Assembly (NCBI GenBank): GCA_044229975.1 | Contig: JBGARZ010000010.1 | Coordinates: 318,009 to 382,008, forward strand | Source of the DNA: Polyangiales bacterium | GTDB lineage: Bacteria; Myxococcota_A; Polyangia; Polyangiales; Ga0077539 | Direction: 5' to 3' | Length of the DNA stretch: 64,000 bases | Shown here: positions 1 through 10,154 of the stretch, one piece after another | Layout of the letters: the number at the start of each line of letters is the position of its first letter | How positions within the stretch are numbered: the stretch's first letter is position 1 | Translations under genes and position numbers: made by a program | The notes under the pieces: generated by a model | What the model was told of the DNA's origin: nothing | Seen by the model: the letters and a program-made list of their open reading frames with translations, nothing else | Database searches by the model: none

Positions 1-1
1 G

Positions 2-451
2 ATGGCGGGGTCGTCGATGTACGTGAGCAGCAATGGCTTCTTGCTGGTTGCCCCCGTAGCGACCGCCAACTCGACAAGCGGGACGATTCCCGACGCGATG
101 GCTCCCAACGGGCTCATCGCCGCGCAATGGCGCGACCTCCTCACGCGAGACACGGGCGCGTGCATTGCCACCCTCGGGACCGCACCGTCCCGGCGCTGGG
201 TGGCGCAGTGGGACAACGCGTCCAACTACCCAACGGGCACGGGCTCGCTCAACTTCGAGGTGATCGTGCACGAGGGCAGCGGCATCATCGACCTCGCCTA
301 CGGGGTGATGTCGATGTCCGATACAACACGCACGACGACGGTCGGCCTGGAAAGCCCGGACGGCCTCCGGGCCGTCGGCGGGTGCACGGACGGCACCTCC
401 CTCTGCGTCTCGGCTTCCAACACCCGGGCGCGCTTCACGCCCGCTCCCTGA
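2..451 (+). CDS. C-terminal fragment of a secreted beta-rich protein (5' end outside window)
   Basis: Open from window edge; Ser/Thr/Gly-rich beta-strand sequence (IAAQWRDL...WVAQWDN...FEVIVHEGSGIIDLAYG) typical of extracellular domains. Confidence 0.65.
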   Translation: MAGSSMYVSSNGFLLVAPVATANSTSGTIPDAMAPNGLIAAQWRDLLTRDTGACIATLGTAPSRRWVAQWDNASNYPTGTGSLNFEVIVHEGSGIIDLAYGVMSMSDTTRTTTVGLESPDGLRAVGGCTDGTSLCVSASNTRARFTPAP

Positions 452-557
452 AGCCGTCTGTCCGTTGCGCACACCCGGTCAGCCGCGTGACCGGTTCAAC
501 CCGGCGGGCGCCCGTGGTACACGGCTCGTCCCCGATTCGTCGGGCGCGAGGAGTTCG

Positions 558-1622
558 ATGAGCGAGATCTATACGGTGATCATGGCGGGCGGCTCGGGCA
601 CCCGCTTCTGGCCCTCGTCGCGGCGGTCGAAGCCCAAGCAGTTTCTCCCGCTCGGCGACGGTGTCACCCCGCTGCTCACGGCCACCGTGAAGCGCGTGGC
701 CCCGCTCTCGCCGCCCGAGCGCGTGCTCATCGTCACCCGCGCCGACCTCGCCGACGCCTCCCACGAGGCGTGCCCCGAGGTGCCCGCGGCCAACATCCTG
801 CTCGAACCCGTCGGTCGCAACACCGCGCCGTGTGTCGCCTGGGCCACCTACGAGATCTTCCGGCGCTCGCCCGAGGCCGTCGTCGTGGTGCTCGCGGCCG
901 ACGCGCACATCGCCGACGAGGCCGCGTTCGTGCGCGCGCTGAAGCTCGCCGCCGACGCCGCCAACACGGGGGCCATCGTCACCCTCGGCATCACGCCCAC
1001 GCGCCCGGAGACGGGCTACGGCTACCTCGACGTGGGCGACGCGTTTCCCGGCGCGCCCGACGGGGTGAGGTCGGTGCGGGCCTTCGTCGAGAAGCCCGAC
1101 GCCGTCCGCGCCACCAAGTACGTCACCGACGGCCACCACCTCTGGAACGCCGGGATCTTCGTGTTTCGCGCCGACGTGATGATCGAGGCGGTGAAGAAGC
1201 ACCTGCCCGCGGTGGCCGACGCGCTCTTCCGCAGCGACCTCGACCAGGCCGCCGTCGACGAGCGCTACCCCGGGCTGCCCAACATCTCGCTCGACTACGG
1301 GGTGATGGAGCGCGAACACTCGGTCGCGGTGGTTCCGGTGGACTGCGGCTGGAGCGACGTGGGGAGCTGGCAGGCGGCCTGGGAGCTCGGCGCGAAGGAC
1401 GACGCGGGCAACGTGCTCGCGGGCGTCGAGGGCACCGTGGTCGACGCGGCGGGCAACGTGGTGGTCGCGCCGACGGGCAAGGTGATCGCGCTGGTCGGAG
1501 TGAGCGACCTGGTGGTGGTGGACACGGGCGACGCGCTGCTGGTGATGAGCCGCGACCGCGCGCAGGACGTGAAGAAGGCCGTGGACGCGCTCACCGCAGC
1601 GAAGCGCCACGACGTGTTGTGA
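558..1622 (+). CDS. manC: Mannose-1-phosphate guanylyltransferase
   Basis: IMAGGSGTRFWPSSR..PKQF, EPVGRNTAP, PETGYGY, FVEKP, WNAGIF, WSDVGSW motifs; GAGGAG RBS before ATG 558. Confidence 0.95.
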   Translation: MSEIYTVIMAGGSGTRFWPSSRRSKPKQFLPLGDGVTPLLTATVKRVAPLSPPERVLIVTRADLADASHEACPEVPAANILLEPVGRNTAPCVAWATYEIFRRSPEAVVVVLAADAHIADEAAFVRALKLAADAANTGAIVTLGITPTRPETGYGYLDVGDAFPGAPDGVRSVRAFVEKPDAVRATKYVTDGHHLWNAGIFVFRADVMIEAVKKHLPAVADALFRSDLDQAAVDERYPGLPNISLDYGVMEREHSVAVVPVDCGWSDVGSWQAAWELGAKDDAGNVLAGVEGTVVDAAGNVVVAPTGKVIALVGVSDLVVVDTGDALLVMSRDRAQDVKKAVDALTAAKRHDVL

Positions 1623-1639
1623 TCGGAGAGACGACAGAC

Positions 1640-2998
1640 ATGAACCCGCAGATCTTCCGTGAGTACGACGTCCGTGGAAACGCCGAGCGCGACCTGCCCG
1701 ACGAGGTCGCCCGCGACCTGGGCCGCGCGCTCGGGAGCGTGATGGCCGAGCGCGGCAAGCGCCGCATCATGGTGGGCCGCGACTGCCGGCTGTCCTCCAA
1801 GCGCCTGCGCGACGCGCTCATCGAGGGCCTGTTGGAGACCGGCCGCCACATCGTGAAGATCGAGGTCGGCCCCACGCCGCTGCTCTACTTCGCCGTGCAC
1901 CACCTCGACGCCGACGGCGGCGTGATGGTCACCGGCAGCCACAATCCCCCGGAGGACAACGGCTTCAAGATCCTCGTCGGCAAGGGGACGCTCCACGGCG
2001 AGGAGATCAAGGCGCTGCGCGAGCGCATCGAGCGGCGCGACTTCCTGCGGGCGCCGGGCGGCCACGTCGAGTCGACCGAGGTGGGTCCGCGCTACGTGGC
2101 GTGGATGAAGGGCAACATCCGGCTCGCGCGCACGGACATGAAGTTCGTGGTCGACGCGGGCAACGGCGCGGGCGGTCCGCTGGCGCTGGCGTGCATGCAC
2201 GCGCTGGGGCTCAACCCCGAGGCGTTGTACTGCGACATGGACGGGCGCTTTCCCAACCACCACCCCGATCCGACGCTGCCGGAAAACGTCGCCGAGCTCA
2301 TCGACCGGGTGAAGGCCACCGGGTCGGAGGTGGGCATCGCGTACGACGGCGACGCCGACCGACTGGGCGCCGTCGACCCGCAGGGCGAGATCATCTGGGG
2401 CGACAAGCTGATGGTGGTGTTCGGCCGGTCGGTGCTGGAGCGGCACCCGGGCGCGGCGATTCTGGGCGAGGTGAAGTGCTCGCAGACGCTCTACGACGAC
2501 GTCGCGAAGCACGGCGGCCGGCCCATCATGTGGAAGACCGGGCACTCCCTCATCAAGGCCAAGATGAAGGAGGAGAAGGCGCTGCTCGCGGGCGAGATGT
2601 CGGGGCACCTGTTCTTCGCCGACCGGTACTTCGGCTACGACGACGCCATCTACGCGTCGCTGCGGTTGCTGGAGATCGTGGCGGCCTCGAAGGGCGACCT
2701 CACCGAGATGCTCTCCGACCTGCCGAAGACCTTCGTCACGCCGGAGATCAGGGTTCCGTGCCCGGATGAGCTGAAGTTCCGCGTGGTGTCGCGGGTGCTC
2801 GAACATTACAAGTCCCTGTATGACGTGAGCGAGGTCGACGGGGCGCGCGTCAACTTCGGCGATGGGTGGGGCCTGGTGCGGGCGTCCAACACGCAGGCGG
2901 TGCTGGTGCTGCGCTTCGAGGCGGGCTCGGAAGAGCGGCGCGACGCGATGCGGGCCGAGGTCGAGGCCGTGGTGCGCGAAGCGCGCGACCGCGGGTGA
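1640..2998 (+). CDS. algC: Phosphomannomutase/phosphoglucomutase
   Basis: IFREYDVRG start, TGSHNP phosphoserine loop, DGDADR metal loop, GEMSGH sugar-binding loop, RASNTQ. Confidence 0.95.
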   Translation: MNPQIFREYDVRGNAERDLPDEVARDLGRALGSVMAERGKRRIMVGRDCRLSSKRLRDALIEGLLETGRHIVKIEVGPTPLLYFAVHHLDADGGVMVTGSHNPPEDNGFKILVGKGTLHGEEIKALRERIERRDFLRAPGGHVESTEVGPRYVAWMKGNIRLARTDMKFVVDAGNGAGGPLALACMHALGLNPEALYCDMDGRFPNHHPDPTLPENVAELIDRVKATGSEVGIAYDGDADRLGAVDPQGEIIWGDKLMVVFGRSVLERHPGAAILGEVKCSQTLYDDVAKHGGRPIMWKTGHSLIKAKMKEEKALLAGEMSGHLFFADRYFGYDDAIYASLRLLEIVAASKGDLTEMLSDLPKTFVTPEIRVPCPDELKFRVVSRVLEHYKSLYDVSEVDGARVNFGDGWGLVRASNTQAVLVLRFEAGSEERRDAMRAEVEAVVREARDRG

Positions 2999-3957
2999 CC
3001 ACGTTGACCAAGCGGGTAGTCGGCATCGACCTTGGCGGAACCGGTCTGCGCGTCGGCGTGGTGGGCGCCGACGGCACCGTGGAGGGCATGCAGTCGATGC
3101 GTCACGGGGGCTTCTCGCACCCGATGGACGCGGTCGAGCGGCTGGCCAAGGTGGTCGAAGACGCCGCGGCGGAGGGTGGTCCCGTCGACGCGGTGGGCGT
3201 GGGCGTGGCGGCCTGGGTGGAGCGCGACACGGGCTTCATCGCGAGGGCGCCCAACCTGGGGTGGATCGATGTTCCGTTTGGTGAGCTGCTGCGTCGGCGG
3301 TTGAAGCTGCCGGTGGTGGTGCACAACGACCTGAAGGCCATCGCGTGGGGCGAGTACCGCTTCGGCGCGGGCATCGGCGCGAGCACGCTGCTGGTGATCT
3401 TCGTGGGCACCGGCGTCGGCGCGGCGGTCATCGCCGAGGGCAAGCTGCTGGTTGGCGCGCGGGGCTTCGGCGGCGAGATCGGCCACATCAACGTCGGGCC
3501 CGACGACGGCCCGCTCTGCGGGTGCGGAAGGCGCGGCTGTCTCGAAGCCTACGTGGGCGGGCACGCGCTCGCGCGGAAGGCGAGGGAGCGCATCGCCGAG
3601 GGGCGCATCAGCGCGCCGCCGATGTCGCCGGACACGCGGGAGCTCACGGCGGCCGACCTGGAGATGCTGTCGCGGCGCGGCGACGGCGAGGCGCAGGCCC
3701 TGCTGGAGGGCGGCGGGAAGCAACTCGGTCGGGTGCTCGGGTCGATGGTGACCTTCCTCAACCCCGACACCGTGCTGATGGGCGGCGGGGTGTGGGACTC
3801 CAGCGAGACGCTGCAAGACGCCGTGCGGCTGGGCCTGGAGCTGACGAGCCACCCCGACCTGCGGAAGTCGGTTCGCATCGTCGAGGGTCGCCTGGGTGCG
3901 GCAGCGGGTGTCGTGGGTGCGGCTGACCTGGCGCGTCATCACGCCGGCTCTCAATGA
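2995..3957 (+). CDS. glk: ROK family sugar kinase (glucokinase-like)
   Basis: GIDLGGT, NDLKAIAWGE, GTGVG, GEIGH, CGCGRRGCLE Zn motif; GTG overlaps upstream stop (GTGA). Confidence 0.88.
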   Translation: MTTLTKRVVGIDLGGTGLRVGVVGADGTVEGMQSMRHGGFSHPMDAVERLAKVVEDAAAEGGPVDAVGVGVAAWVERDTGFIARAPNLGWIDVPFGELLRRRLKLPVVVHNDLKAIAWGEYRFGAGIGASTLLVIFVGTGVGAAVIAEGKLLVGARGFGGEIGHINVGPDDGPLCGCGRRGCLEAYVGGHALARKARERIAEGRISAPPMSPDTRELTAADLEMLSRRGDGEAQALLEGGGKQLGRVLGSMVTFLNPDTVLMGGGVWDSSETLQDAVRLGLELTSHPDLRKSVRIVEGRLGAAAGVVGAADLARHHAGSQ

Positions 3958-4135
3958 CGCAAGGCGTCTATTTCAACGCTGCAAGGTCGGCGGGGTGACG
4001 CGCCGAGCAGATGAGACAGAAGTCCGAGAAACGGACACTTCGGACGTCTGGCACGATGCGCGCAATAAGGGATTCCCGAGCGGCGGCGCCGGCGTCCCCC
4101 CCCAACGCCAACGGTGACCGCCGCTAAGTTTTCAG

Positions 4136-4169
4136 CAGGGTCGGTGCTCCAGAGTGAGCCCCGGCCCTG
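4136..4169. terminator. GC-rich hairpin between convergent genes, possible terminator
   Basis: cagggtcggtgctc / gagccccggccctg arms with 6-nt loop; only a weak U-tract. Confidence 0.3.
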
Positions 4170-4205
4170 AAGTCTTTGTGGGGGCCTTCAACGGCGTGAT
4201 GACCC

Positions 4206-5705
4206 TCAGCCCAGCGTGCGCTGCGGGTCGAGGGCGGTGCGCAGGCGGGCCATGACGGCGTCGTGGTCGTCGTCGCTCGGGGGCAGCGCGTCGAGCGGGG
4301 GAATGCCCACGCGGTAGGGCAGGTCGCCCAGTCGCTGGAGTGTCTCGGTGAGCGCGTCGTGGCAGGCGAGGGCCTCGGCGTCGCGACCGGCCACGTCGCG
4401 GTCCCACAGGATGAGCGGGGCGAGGTGCAGCGCGCGCGGCTGTTGCGCCACCGCGGCCAGCAGCGGGTCGAAGCCGCGGGACTCCAGCACCGTCGACGCG
4501 GCCTCCAGCGCAGCAAGCACCGCGTGGCCCTCGAAGGGGACGGCGGCGCAGGACCACAGCACGCCGCAGCCATCGCGGTCGGGGTCGAGGTCGCTCGCGG
4601 GCGACGACGGCCGGTGCCAGTACACGCTCCGAACGCTCTCCTCGTGTGGCATCCCCTGGAGAAACCAGAACGCCGGCTCAGCCTCCAGCAACAGCTCTTC
4701 GCCGCTGTGTGGGTCACCCACGCGCTCCTCGATGGACCACGCGTCGACGGCGGGGGCGAGCACGTCGACGAGGCGTTCGCGGTGGGCGCGGCCCTGGAGC
4801 TCGGTCATGCCCGCGAGCGCCGTCAGACCGTACCAGCGGTGGTCGAGGCCGCGCGCGGCGAGCTGCTGCGGGATGTCTCCGCGGGCTTCGAGGGTGGAGA
4901 GGACGCGGGTGTGGTTCCAGAGGCCGATGGGCCAGCGGATGGTGCCCTCGTGCATGAGCGCGCGTAGTGCGTCGATGACACCCGGGAGGCGCTCGTCGGT
5001 GGCCACCGAGAAGCGAACGGCCTGGAGCGAGCGGGGCAGCGGCGCGAGCCACAGCGTGAGCCGCGTGACCACGCCGAGCGACGACTGCGAGAAGAGCCCG
5101 TCGAGGATGGGACCCACCCCGTGGCGATGCAGCGGCGCGAGGGGTGTGGCGGCAAAACGGCCATACCCGGTGCGCAGTGTCTCACCCGTGGCCAGCACCA
5201 CCTCCAGGTTGCAGACGTGCGACCAACGGTCAGCGTTGGGGCCCGCGCCGTCTCCGCGGGCGACGGCGTTGGCCAGCACCGAGGCGTGCGGTGATCCGCC
5301 GATGCTGTTGACGAAGAGCCGCGAGCGGCGCGCGCGCAGGAAGGCGTAGAGCTGCGCGAAGGTCACGCCGGGCTCGACGGTGACCCAGCCCATGGACTCG
5401 TCGAAGTCCACGATGGCGTCCAGGCGCGACAGGTCGAGCAGCACCGCGCCGTCGTCGGGCGCGACGCGCGAGCCGAGGCCCCAGTTGCGGCCGCGCGAGA
5501 CGGAGTGGACGCGCACACCGTGACGGCCCGCGATGACGAGGCACGCACGCACCTCGTTGGCGTTGGCAGGGCGCAGCACCGCGACGGCGCGTTGGGTCGT
5601 CGCGAAGGTGGATCGGTTGACGGTGCGGAGGGTGATTGGGTCGTCGGAGACGAAGGCTACTCCCAGCGCGGCGCGCCACTCGATGAGGGCGTCGGCGAGG
5701 GACAT
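4206..5705 (-). CDS. FAD-binding oxidoreductase, VAO/p-cresol methylhydroxylase flavoprotein family
   Basis: SRGRNWGLGS, TVEPGVTF, LEVVLATGE, GPILDGLFSQSSLGVVT, C-terminal LPYR..ALDP. Confidence 0.88.
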   Translation of the reverse strand: MSLADALIEWRAALGVAFVSDDPITLRTVNRSTFATTQRAVAVLRPANANEVRACLVIAGRHGVRVHSVSRGRNWGLGSRVAPDDGAVLLDLSRLDAIVDFDESMGWVTVEPGVTFAQLYAFLRARRSRLFVNSIGGSPHASVLANAVARGDGAGPNADRWSHVCNLEVVLATGETLRTGYGRFAATPLAPLHRHGVGPILDGLFSQSSLGVVTRLTLWLAPLPRSLQAVRFSVATDERLPGVIDALRALMHEGTIRWPIGLWNHTRVLSTLEARGDIPQQLAARGLDHRWYGLTALAGMTELQGRAHRERLVDVLAPAVDAWSIEERVGDPHSGEELLLEAEPAFWFLQGMPHEESVRSVYWHRPSSPASDLDPDRDGCGVLWSCAAVPFEGHAVLAALEAASTVLESRGFDPLLAAVAQQPRALHLAPLILWDRDVAGRDAEALACHDALTETLQRLGDLPYRVGIPPLDALPPSDDDHDAVMARLRTALDPQRTLG

Positions 5706-5712
5706 CGGGGTC

Positions 5713-7287
5713 TCAGATGTCGGTGCGAACGGCCGCGTCGGTGACGACGGGCGTGCCCGCGTCGGTGGCGCCACCGCCGCCGCCCGCCGAGACGCCGCGG
5801 AGCTGGATGTACGGGCCGCCCACCTGGAAGGCGGCGGAGAAGCCGTCGGCCATGCGCGGGTCCATGGCGCAGTCGCGGCCCTCGATGCGGGTGCCGTCGC
5901 CGTCGATGCACGCCTCGATGCGCGGGGGCAGTCCGCCGCCGCCGCGGCGGGCTTCGTAGCGCTCCAGGCCGTCGCCATCGATGTCGATGTCGGGCTGCTG
6001 CGGGCCGATCTGGAAGATGAGGAGGTTTTGCCCGCCGACGAGGAGTTCGAGGAAGGTGCTGTTGTTGGCCATGCCCATGCCGCCGCCGCCGGGGATGAGA
6101 CCGGCGGGGTTGCGCACGTTGGCGAGGTCGCGGCCCGGGATGGCGCCGCACAGCACGCCGTTGCGAATCTCGGTGATGCGGGTCTCGTTGGCGACGACGG
6201 TGCCCGAGATGCGCCCGCGCTTGAGGTTGAACTCCAGCGCGCCGAGGCCGCCCATGTTGCCGAGGGGGAGGGGGATGTCCTCCGGGCCGCCCGCGAGCGC
6301 GCCCATGCGCACCACGCTCTGGAACGACGCGACCGGCAGCATGGTCATCATCTGGAGCGACCGCGCCGACACGAACTGGGGGTTGCCCGGGAAGCCGTTG
6401 TCGGTGTTGTCCATGTTGAAGTCGGCGCCGAGGGTCCAGCCGACGCGGGTGTCGGGGAGGTTCTGCCCGCGGGTGTCGGTGAGGTTCAGGAAGGAGAGCT
6501 GGAGCAGCACCTGCCCGTTGGACACGCCCGACGTGATGAACGAGTTGAGCACGCCGTACGCGGGCCCGAGCGCGTGGGTGAAGGCGTTGTCGGCGCGGCC
6601 GTCACCGGAGAAGTCGCACCCGATGGTGGGGCTCTCGGGGGCGAGCGAGAGGCGGTTGAGCACGACGGCCTGCTCCAGCCGGCAGTCGGGGCCGCAGCCG
6701 TCCCAGCGGGCGGTGTTGCTGTCGTCGCACTGCTCGCCCGGATCGACGCGACCGTTGCCGCACATCAGCACCGAGCGGCAGTCGGGGGCGCAGTTGGGCA
6801 TGCCGTCGCAGACCTCGCCGCGGGACGTGTCGACGATGCGGTTGCCGCAGGTCTCGTTGGAGAGGCAGTCGGAGCGGCAGCCGTCGCCGGAGCGGTTGTT
6901 GCCGTCGTCGCAGACCTCGCCCATGTCCATGCGCCCGTCGCCGCAGCGGGCCTCGAAGCGGCACGTCGCGCTGCACATGTCGCCGGAGGTGTTGTTGCCG
7001 TCGTCACAGCTCTCCATCGGGTCGAGGATGCCGTCGCCGCAGCGCGGGACGCGCGTGTCGGCGGGCAGCACGTCGACGAGGATGGGGCCGCCTCCATCGA
7101 TGGGCTGCCCGATCTCGGTGGGGACGCTGCCGGTGTCCGTGGGGGTGACGCCGAGGTCGGTCGGCGTGATGACCCCGATGTCGCTCTCGGGCCCGGAGTC
7201 GGCCCGGACCGAGATCACGGTGCTGCCGCAGGCGGTGGTGGCGCCGAGCGCGAAGAAGACGGCCGCGAGACGAGAGGGGCTACGCAT
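5713..7287 (-). CDS. Lipoprotein with Myxococcus cysteine-rich (DUF4215-type) repeats
   Basis: Lipobox ATTAC; repeated CGDG..D..E.CDDGN..SGDGC...C units. Confidence 0.88.
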   Translation of the reverse strand: MRSPSRLAAVFFALGATTACGSTVISVRADSGPESDIGVITPTDLGVTPTDTGSVPTEIGQPIDGGGPILVDVLPADTRVPRCGDGILDPMESCDDGNNTSGDMCSATCRFEARCGDGRMDMGEVCDDGNNRSGDGCRSDCLSNETCGNRIVDTSRGEVCDGMPNCAPDCRSVLMCGNGRVDPGEQCDDSNTARWDGCGPDCRLEQAVVLNRLSLAPESPTIGCDFSGDGRADNAFTHALGPAYGVLNSFITSGVSNGQVLLQLSFLNLTDTRGQNLPDTRVGWTLGADFNMDNTDNGFPGNPQFVSARSLQMMTMLPVASFQSVVRMGALAGGPEDIPLPLGNMGGLGALEFNLKRGRISGTVVANETRITEIRNGVLCGAIPGRDLANVRNPAGLIPGGGGMGMANNSTFLELLVGGQNLLIFQIGPQQPDIDIDGDGLERYEARRGGGGLPPRIEACIDGDGTRIEGRDCAMDPRMADGFSAAFQVGGPYIQLRGVSAGGGGGATDAGTPVVTDAAVRTDI

Positions 7288-7476
7288 GGGGGTGACTCGG
7301 CTCCAAGGAGGTACGTTGGGCGGAAGAGCGCGCGGACTCTACGATCGGGTTTGCGCAAGGCACAAGCGGCGCGCAAGACGCGGGTGATGGCCGGTGGGGA
7401 GCCGCCGGGAGGGCACTCGGCGCTTGACGCCGCGGGCGGCGGGCGCGACGCATCCCGAACCCCAACGGAGTCCCCA

Positions 7477-8529
7477 ATGAGAACATCACTGATTCACGCA
7501 GGTATCCTGGCCGCGGCGTTTGGTTGCAGTTCGACCACGCCCGCCCCGAGCTCGTCGCTCAACGCCACCGCCACCAACGACGTCGACGCCCACGTCTCGA
7601 TGCTCACCAACGAGCCCGACGCGGGCGCGGTCGCCCCGACGCCGCCGCCCGCCCCGGAGCCCGTTCGCATCACCGCAGGTGAGCGCCGCGCGGTCCCGGC
7701 CCCGTTGCCGCGGGTGACCATCACGGCGCCGCGCAACGGCGTCACGGTGCGCGAAGACCGCGTCGAGGTGCGCCTCGCCATCACCAACTGGCGTGACGTC
7801 GCCAACGCCGGCGACCACCGCCACATCCACCTCGTGCTCGACGACGAGCCCTATCGGCGCGTCGATGATCCGCGGCAGCCCGTGGTGCTCGAACACCTCT
7901 CGCCCGGCACGCACGTGCTCCGCGCCTTCCCCGGTTGGGAGACGCACGAGACCGTGAAGGAGCCCGGGGCCTTCGCGGTGGCGGTGTTTCACGTCGGCCG
8001 GGCCGCGCAGAACTTCGCGTTCAATCCGCGCTCGCCGCTGCTCACGTATTCGCGGCCGAAGGGCGAGGTCAACGGCTCCGAGGCCAACCGCATCCTGCTC
8101 GACTTCTACCTCTCCAACATCCCCGCCAACGGCATGGGGGCGCAGGGCTTCCGCGTGCGTCCCTCCATCGACGGGCACGCGATGGATGACCTGACGGCGT
8201 GGGTTCCGTACTACATCGAAAACCTCCCGGACGGACCGCACACCATCGGGTTGCAGCTCATCGGACGCGACGGCGCGCCCGTCGCCGGGCCCTTCAACAC
8301 GACCGAGCATCGCATCACGGTCAACCGCTCGGCGGCCGCGGCTCCGCACGGTCCCGCGGGCGTCGTGGTGACCCCCAACGTGACCACCCGCAATCCCGCG
8401 ACGGCGGACCCGACGGTTCCGCCCGCGACGCCGACCGCGGTGTCGGTGCCGACGGCGCTCGACCCGACGGTTGCGCCCGCGGCTGCTCCGACGGCGCCGC
8501 CCTCCGAGATGCCCCACTCGGGGCACTGA
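7477..8529 (+). CDS. Secreted lipoprotein with two Ig-like beta-sandwich domains and Pro/Thr-rich tail
   Basis: GGAG RBS, lipobox AAFGC, HIHLVLDD and LLTYSRPKG segments, host-like codon usage. Confidence 0.75.
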   Translation: MRTSLIHAGILAAAFGCSSTTPAPSSSLNATATNDVDAHVSMLTNEPDAGAVAPTPPPAPEPVRITAGERRAVPAPLPRVTITAPRNGVTVREDRVEVRLAITNWRDVANAGDHRHIHLVLDDEPYRRVDDPRQPVVLEHLSPGTHVLRAFPGWETHETVKEPGAFAVAVFHVGRAAQNFAFNPRSPLLTYSRPKGEVNGSEANRILLDFYLSNIPANGMGAQGFRVRPSIDGHAMDDLTAWVPYYIENLPDGPHTIGLQLIGRDGAPVAGPFNTTEHRITVNRSAAAAPHGPAGVVVTPNVTTRNPATADPTVPPATPTAVSVPTALDPTVAPAAAPTAPPSEMPHSGH

Positions 8530-8534
8530 CCTTC

Positions 8535-9467
8535 TCAGCGTGAAGCGCGGCGGTTGAGGAGCTGGCTCTGAAGCTCCCTCAACGCGCCGTGCGCCGCGGC
8601 CTCGATGGCCCGCAGCCGCAGCCGTGGCAGCGGGTCGGGCAGGTCGGGAATCACGGGTGGTGCTTCCTGAACGGTTCCTGACCCGGCGAGCGTGGCGGCG
8701 ATGGCGTGCGCGGGCTCGCTCAACAGCACCAGCGAGACCTCGGCGCGGACGGCGATGTTGCCGCTCTCGCGCAGCGTGGTGAGGCCGCCTTCGAGCGAGT
8801 AGCGGCGCAGGCTCCCAGAGCGCAGTCGGGCGGTCACGGACGAGGGGAGCGTGGTGCCCGGGTGGAGGGCGTAGCGCTCGTCTTCGACCATGGCCGACTG
8901 GAGTGCTTCACGCAGTCGCAGCACGTGGCCCGCGTCGAGGGTGGCGTGGTTGGCGATGGGTCCGAGCGAGATGAGCACACGAACGCGCGACCAGTTGATG
9001 CGCCGCGGGGTGGGCGTCGCGACGGGCTGGATGGTCGGCACCGCCGCGGGGTTGGCGGCGGACTGCGCCGACCAGGCGCCCGCGGTGTGCGTGGGCATGC
9101 GCGCCATGAGCGTGTGGAGGGCGTGCATGACGGCGTCGCGGGCGGCGGCGTCGTGGTCGAGGGCGTGGTGGTTGAGGGCCGTGGTGGCGGCGGGGTCACC
9201 GAGGGCTTCGAGGGCCTGGGCGGAGGCCACGCGGACGGTGGCGGCGCGGTCGCCGAGGGCGGCTTCGAGGGCGGCGCGAGCGCCCATGGGGCGGAGTCGA
9301 CCGAGGGCCTCGGCGGCGCGCGCGCGGGCGCCCGCATCGGGCGAACGACGCAGGAGGTCGATGGCCGGAGACGACTGCGCGAAGGTGTTGGGGGCGAGGA
9401 GCGAGAGGGACAGGGAGAGCGAGAGGGCGAGGGCGCGAAGCGGGGCGGCTCGATCGGCAGGGCTCAC
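8535..9467 (-). CDS. Secreted HEAT-repeat protein
   Basis: AGGAG RBS before GTG 9467; signal peptide; repeats ARARAAEALGRL / VRVASAQALEALGDP. Confidence 0.75.
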   Translation of the reverse strand: MSPADRAAPLRALALSLSLSLSLLAPNTFAQSSPAIDLLRRSPDAGARARAAEALGRLRPMGARAALEAALGDRAATVRVASAQALEALGDPAATTALNHHALDHDAAARDAVMHALHTLMARMPTHTAGAWSAQSAANPAAVPTIQPVATPTPRRINWSRVRVLISLGPIANHATLDAGHVLRLREALQSAMVEDERYALHPGTTLPSSVTARLRSGSLRRYSLEGGLTTLRESGNIAVRAEVSLVLLSEPAHAIAATLAGSGTVQEAPPVIPDLPDPLPRLRLRAIEAAAHGALRELQSQLLNRRASR

Positions 9468-9596
9468 GGGTGATCTCCTAGGAGCGATCGATGCGGGGAG
9501 GGGGCGAGACGTTCTACGCGCAGGGGGAGAGATGAGCAACGGGCGGGCGATGGCGCTGTAAGGTTCGGCGCGCTCACGGGACAGACGGGGCATCCG

Positions 9597-10154
9597 ATGG
9601 GTGACCTGTCCTTCCCCGACGCCGCTACGCTGCCCGACGTGACCGATGCCGAGCGCGCCCGAACCTTCACCGAGTGGATGAGCGCCCACGGCCCGGGGCT
9701 GCGCCGCGCCGCCGCGAGCTACGCGCACACCGCGGCCGAGCAGGACGACCTCGCGCAGCAGATCGCCCTCGCGCTGTGGCAGGCGCTGCCGTCGTTTCGC
9801 GGGGAGTGCAGCGCGCGCACGTTTGCGTTTCGGGTGGCGCACAACCAGGGGCTGCACTTCGCGACGCGCGAGCGGCTGCGACGGCCGCACCCGGACTCCG
9901 ACGCGCGCGTGGGGGCGCTCGAAGATCATCGGCCCGACCCCGAGCACACGCTCGATGCGCGCCGTCGACGCGAGCGGATGTTCGCGGCGCTGCGGGCGCT
10001 GGCGCTGCCGCACCGGCAGGTGCTGACGCTGGCGCTGGAGGGCCTCGCCCACGACGAGATCGCGGCGGTGCTCGGGATCACCGTCAACAACGTAGGCGTG
10101 CGGCTGAGCCGGGCGCGCGAGGCGCTGCGCGCGCAGATGGGAGGCGATCGATGA
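9597..10154 (+). CDS. ECF RNA polymerase sigma factor
   Basis: Region 2 DDLAQQIALALWQALPSFRG; region 4 EIAAVLGITVNNVGVRLSRAR. Confidence 0.92.
   Translation: MGDLSFPDAATLPDVTDAERARTFTEWMSAHGPGLRRAAASYAHTAAEQDDLAQQIALALWQALPSFRGECSARTFAFRVAHNQGLHFATRERLRRPHPDSDARVGALEDHRPDPEHTLDARRRRERMFAALRALALPHRQVLTLALEGLAHDEIAAVLGITVNNVGVRLSRAREALRAQMGGDR

Noticed and set aside
770..1639. N-terminal extension of the 742-aa ORF (apparent fusion to PMM)
   Set aside because: Arg-rich off-frame read-through over manC; PMM starts at ATG 1640
3958..4130. Possible gene remnant or small ORF in the glk-oxidoreductase spacer
   Set aside because: A short minus-strand open frame exists but has no good start, RBS or recognisable motif
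5533..7476. 5' part of the 998-aa plus-strand ORF 5533..8529
   Set aside because: Antisense shadow of the Cys-rich lipoprotein gene; the real gene starts at ATG 7477 with RBS and lipobox
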